35,260 bases of DNA from an uncultured Candidatus Saccharibacteria bacterium (GTDB lineage: Bacteria > Patescibacteriota > Minisyncoccia > UBA6257 > 2-01-FULL-56-20). This document shows, piece by piece, positions 32,762 to 35,260 of this stretch (its first letter is position 1; every line of letters starts with the position of its first letter). The stretch covers positions 1 through 35,260 of the forward strand of contig CAZELH010000003.1 in NCBI GenBank assembly GCA_964513095.1. Direction: 5' to 3'. A model generated the notes under the pieces. That model did not search any database, was not told the DNA's origin, and worked only from the letters and a program-made list of their open reading frames with translations. The translations under genes were made by a program, and so were the position numbers.

Positions 32762-33727
32762 ATGAAAATAATCGTTACTGGTGGAGCGGGTTTTATACCC
32801 TCGCACGTTGTAGACAGACTGTTAAAAGATGGTCATACGGTGTTATCCGTTGATAATTTTACATTAGGAACAAAAAAACATTTTCAGCATAATACGGACA
32901 ATCAAAATTTTAGTTTTATAGAAGCAGACGTGGCTGATGAAAAAAAGATGGATGAAGTATTTGAAAACTTCAAACCCGAATGCGTCTTTCATCTTGCCGC
33001 CAATTCCGATATTGGAGCAGGTTCGCATGATGCCAGTGTTGATTACAAAAATACTTTTTTAACAACCTACGCCGTGCTCCAAGCAATGAAAAAGTGGGAC
33101 GTGAAAAAACTAGTATTTGCCTCAACCTCCGCGATGTACGGAAGTCTTAGTGGGTTGATCTCGGAAAAAAGTGGTCCGCTTATGCCTGAGTCAAACTACG
33201 GCGCCGCGAAGTTAGCATCTGAGGCTTTTATTTATGCATTTGCGAATGTAAACAATATTCAAACGTGGATCTTTCGATTCCCCAATGTCTGCGGTCCTCG
33301 GGGAACGCACGGCGTATTTGTAAATTTCCTGCGGTTTTTGAAAGCAGATCCGACGCAAATAACTGTGGCGCAAGATGGTAAACAGGCAAAACCCTATATT
33401 TACGTGCTCGATCTTGTTGATGCAATTATGTTGGGTTGGAGCAAAGGGACGGATCTTATTAATGTGTATAACGTAGGAAACACACCATTGGTATCAGTCA
33501 ATGAAATTCTCGGGGCATTATTAAAAGAAAAAGGAATTGAAAAAATAGATATCAAATACACCGGCGCTCCCGCATGGCCCGGTGATGTCGCGACGTATGA
33601 ATTTGATGATTCTAAAATAAAAGCACTCGGCTACAAACCACGCTTTACCTCAAAAGAAGCAACAGATAAAACCGCGCACGATTTGGTCCATGATCCCGAA
33701 GCAGGGATTGGGGTTTTTCGGGACTAA
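32762..33727 (+). CDS. NAD-dependent sugar-nucleotide epimerase/dehydratase (extended SDR)
   Basis: MKIIVTGGAGFIPSHV and catalytic YGAAKLASE (YxxxK). It is divergent from the initiating phosphotransferase. Confidence 0.8.
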   Translation: MKIIVTGGAGFIPSHVVDRLLKDGHTVLSVDNFTLGTKKHFQHNTDNQNFSFIEADVADEKKMDEVFENFKPECVFHLAANSDIGAGSHDASVDYKNTFLTTYAVLQAMKKWDVKKLVFASTSAMYGSLSGLISEKSGPLMPESNYGAAKLASEAFIYAFANVNNIQTWIFRFPNVCGPRGTHGVFVNFLRFLKADPTQITVAQDGKQAKPYIYVLDLVDAIMLGWSKGTDLINVYNVGNTPLVSVNEILGALLKEKGIEKIDIKYTGAPAWPGDVATYEFDDSKIKALGYKPRFTSKEATDKTAHDLVHDPEAGIGVFRD

Positions 33728-33737
33728 TGCGATACGT

Positions 33738-35036
33738 TTATTTTTTATCGCGCAAGTGAGTGTGGTATTTCTTGCTAAATCGGTGAGCTTCATCGCGTAA
33801 ATGACGGATAAGATTAAACGCGGGATCCGAAAGAGACATTTTTATCGTTGATAAATCTCGGGCGCCAATCACAAGGCGGTCGGGGTTTTTTGCTATTCCA
33901 ACGACGGGAACAGTGATGTTTATATCGTGAAAAACAGCTAATACGCGGCGGACTTGCGGCGCACCACCGTCAATGAGAAAAAGCTGTGGCACTGGCCATT
34001 CTTTTTTTACAAACCGCCGACGCACCACTTCTTCAATAGCATCAAAATCAGAGTTCACCGTTTTGTTTTGTATTCGAAATTTTCGGTACTGGCTTTTATC
34101 GATTTCTCCATTTGTTGCCACAACCAGTCCGCCCACGATTTCCCGCTGTGAGGTGTTTGAAATATCCAAGCACTCAATGCGGGTAAGTGCGGATATGTCG
34201 GGGAAAAATTGTCGCAGATATCGTTCTAAAATAATTGCTCCCGCGTGGGGGTTCGCGCGGTAGAAGGTATCCGCATGTGGGTTATCGAAATTAAGCCGTT
34301 CTCCAATAAGTTTTTGAAAGCGAAAGATTCGATTGCGAACCGCCAAAGCATCTTCAAACAAGTGGCGAGCAGAAAGATCTTTCATCTGCGCGGTAAGTGC
34401 CTTCAGCACCATTGTTGTTTTTCCACGCAAAATAGAGATAACAATCGCACAGTTGCGGCGGTACTGTTTTGTGAGGCGAGCTCGTTCTCCGGCATCTTCG
34501 ATTTTTTCTATCGCGCTCGGACACGGATTGCATAATCCAATTTTTGAATAAAAACAGGGGCGCCCTATTTTGGGTTGCGTGCAATACGGAGTAATCGAGC
34601 GAATTTCGCGAAGCAGTCCTTCGGCAACACGGACTCCGGAAAATGGTCCAAAATACGTGGAGCGACCGTCATCTTCTTTGCGGCACAGCGATAGTTTCGG
34701 ATACTGCTCGCCGGTTGTTATTTTGATGTACAGGTGGCTTTTTCCGTCGCGCCAAATAACGTTGTAACGGGGTTGATGTTTTTTAATTAAAGACGCTTCA
34801 AGGAGAAGTGATAAAAATTCATTTTCAGTCGGGATATAGGTGATGCGGGTAGTATGTTCAAAAATAGCGCGTTCTTTTGCGTCAATTTTCGCATTCTCGT
34901 AATGACTTTTCAGACGGGCTTTAATGTGTACCGATTTCCCAATATAGATCGGTGTGTTGCCATTCATAAACAAATATACCCCAACCGTTGAAGGAGCTGG
35001 TTGTATATATTTTTTCGCAATAGTCGCAATATCCAT
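33738..35036 (-). CDS. uvrC: Excinuclease ABC subunit C, short form ending before the (HhH)2 domain
   Basis: 432 aa from the ATG at 35036. GIY-YIG domain (GVYLFMNGNTPIYIGKSVHIKARLKSHY...YN). Cys cluster (RPCFYSKIGLCNPCPS). UVR-like helix (FEDALAVRNRI). Endonuclease-V-like region (IECLDISN, YRKFRI, LFLIDGGAPQV, VVGIAKN). The protein ends right after RDEAHRFSKKYH. Confidence 0.85.
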   Translation of the reverse strand: MDIATIAKKYIQPAPSTVGVYLFMNGNTPIYIGKSVHIKARLKSHYENAKIDAKERAIFEHTTRITYIPTENEFLSLLLEASLIKKHQPRYNVIWRDGKSHLYIKITTGEQYPKLSLCRKEDDGRSTYFGPFSGVRVAEGLLREIRSITPYCTQPKIGRPCFYSKIGLCNPCPSAIEKIEDAGERARLTKQYRRNCAIVISILRGKTTMVLKALTAQMKDLSARHLFEDALAVRNRIFRFQKLIGERLNFDNPHADTFYRANPHAGAIILERYLRQFFPDISALTRIECLDISNTSQREIVGGLVVATNGEIDKSQYRKFRIQNKTVNSDFDAIEEVVRRRFVKKEWPVPQLFLIDGGAPQVRRVLAVFHDINITVPVVGIAKNPDRLVIGARDLSTIKMSLSDPAFNLIRHLRDEAHRFSKKYHTHLRDKK

Positions 35037-35043
35037 GGTGAAG

Positions 35044-35072
35044 ATAGTAGCGCATAGTTCCGTAGAAGACAA
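35044..35072 (-). promoter_or_regulatory. Candidate uvrC promoter (TTGTCT-17 nt-TACTAT), with the -10 box 7 nt from the ATG
   Basis: Minus-strand read: TTGTCT (35067-35072), 17-nt spacer, TACTAT (35044-35049), cttcacc, then ATG (35036). No SD is present. Confidence 0.35.
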
Positions 35073-35114
35073 AGTAATGGAAAAAAAGTCAATGGGATGG
35101 TATGCTTTCTTTAT

Positions 35115-35260
35115 ATGAATATCCACCCACTCTTAGTCCACTTTCCCATCGCGTTGCTTACGCTGTATGCGCTTTTAGAAATTATATCAATAAAAAAAAT
35201 CACCGACCGGTTTTTATGGATTTCGCCGGTAAAAATATTTTTAGTAATAACGGGATTTCT
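35115..35260 (+). CDS. Partial (5' end only) membrane protein, DUF2231-like N-terminus
   Basis: The ATG at 35115 opens a frame that runs to the window edge: MNIHPLLVHFPIALLTLYALLEIISIKKITDRFLWISPVKIFLVITGF. HP.LVHFPIAL is the characteristic DUF2231 start. TGgTATGCT (35098-35106) lies 8 nt upstream. The frame is too short to appear in the ORF track. Confidence 0.35.
   Translation, partial: MNIHPLLVHFPIALLTLYALLEIISIKKITDRFLWISPVKIFLVITGF

Noticed and set aside
1-35260. Recoded genetic code (UGA sense), CRISPR arrays, IS elements, integrases, a tRNA-flanked genomic island, or rRNA genes.
   Set aside because: - TGA clearly terminates well-supported genes, for example at 16600-16602 and 28802-28804.
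- No direct-repeat/spacer array is visible.
- No transposase, integrase or recombinase-like ORF is present.
- The tRNA-Leu is 6.5 kb from the glycan island, and I noticed no duplicated tRNA 3' segment.
- No rRNA-like sequence is present.

Overview
AT-rich bacterial chromosomal window, fully coding under the standard code (TGA is used as a stop). Gene content suggests a small-genome monoderm, possibly Patescibacteria/CPR (Parcubacteria-like); this is a low-confidence inference. Housekeeping genes flank the window: RNase J, tRNA-Leu(CAG), an orphan family-5 solute-binding protein, SecG, a DUF360 membrane protein, GpmI, an orphan hypothetical and RNase Y on the left; UvrC and a partial membrane protein on the right.

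A surface-glycan or protein-glycosylation island of about 25 kb (about 8.9-33.7 kb) sits between them. It contains:
- a Wzy_C/O-antigen-ligase-like protein plus a TPR partner
- GDP-L-fucose synthesis (gmd, fcl) and a GT11 alpha-1,2-fucosyltransferase
- three SDR epimerase/dehydratases
- four SAM-methyltransferase domains, one fused to a CgeB-like glycosyltransferase
- two GT4 and two GT2 glycosyltransferases
- a complete GDP-D-glycero-alpha-D-manno-heptose operon (hddA-gmhA-hddC-gmhB)
- a HIT-family protein, a Wzx flippase and an initiating polyprenyl-phosphate sugar phosphotransferase

The most unusual part is in the middle of the island. A B12-binding radical SAM enzyme with a non-canonical CX6CX2C cluster motif is transcribed divergently from a degenerate ATP-grasp-like gene, from back-to-back near-consensus promoters.

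Across the window, many first genes of transcription units have a -10 box 6-9 nt upstream of the ATG and no Shine-Dalgarno, which suggests leaderless mRNAs. I found no rRNA, CRISPR array, transposase, integrase or obvious mobile element. All functional calls come from motif recognition by eye on the supplied translations; no database search was run.
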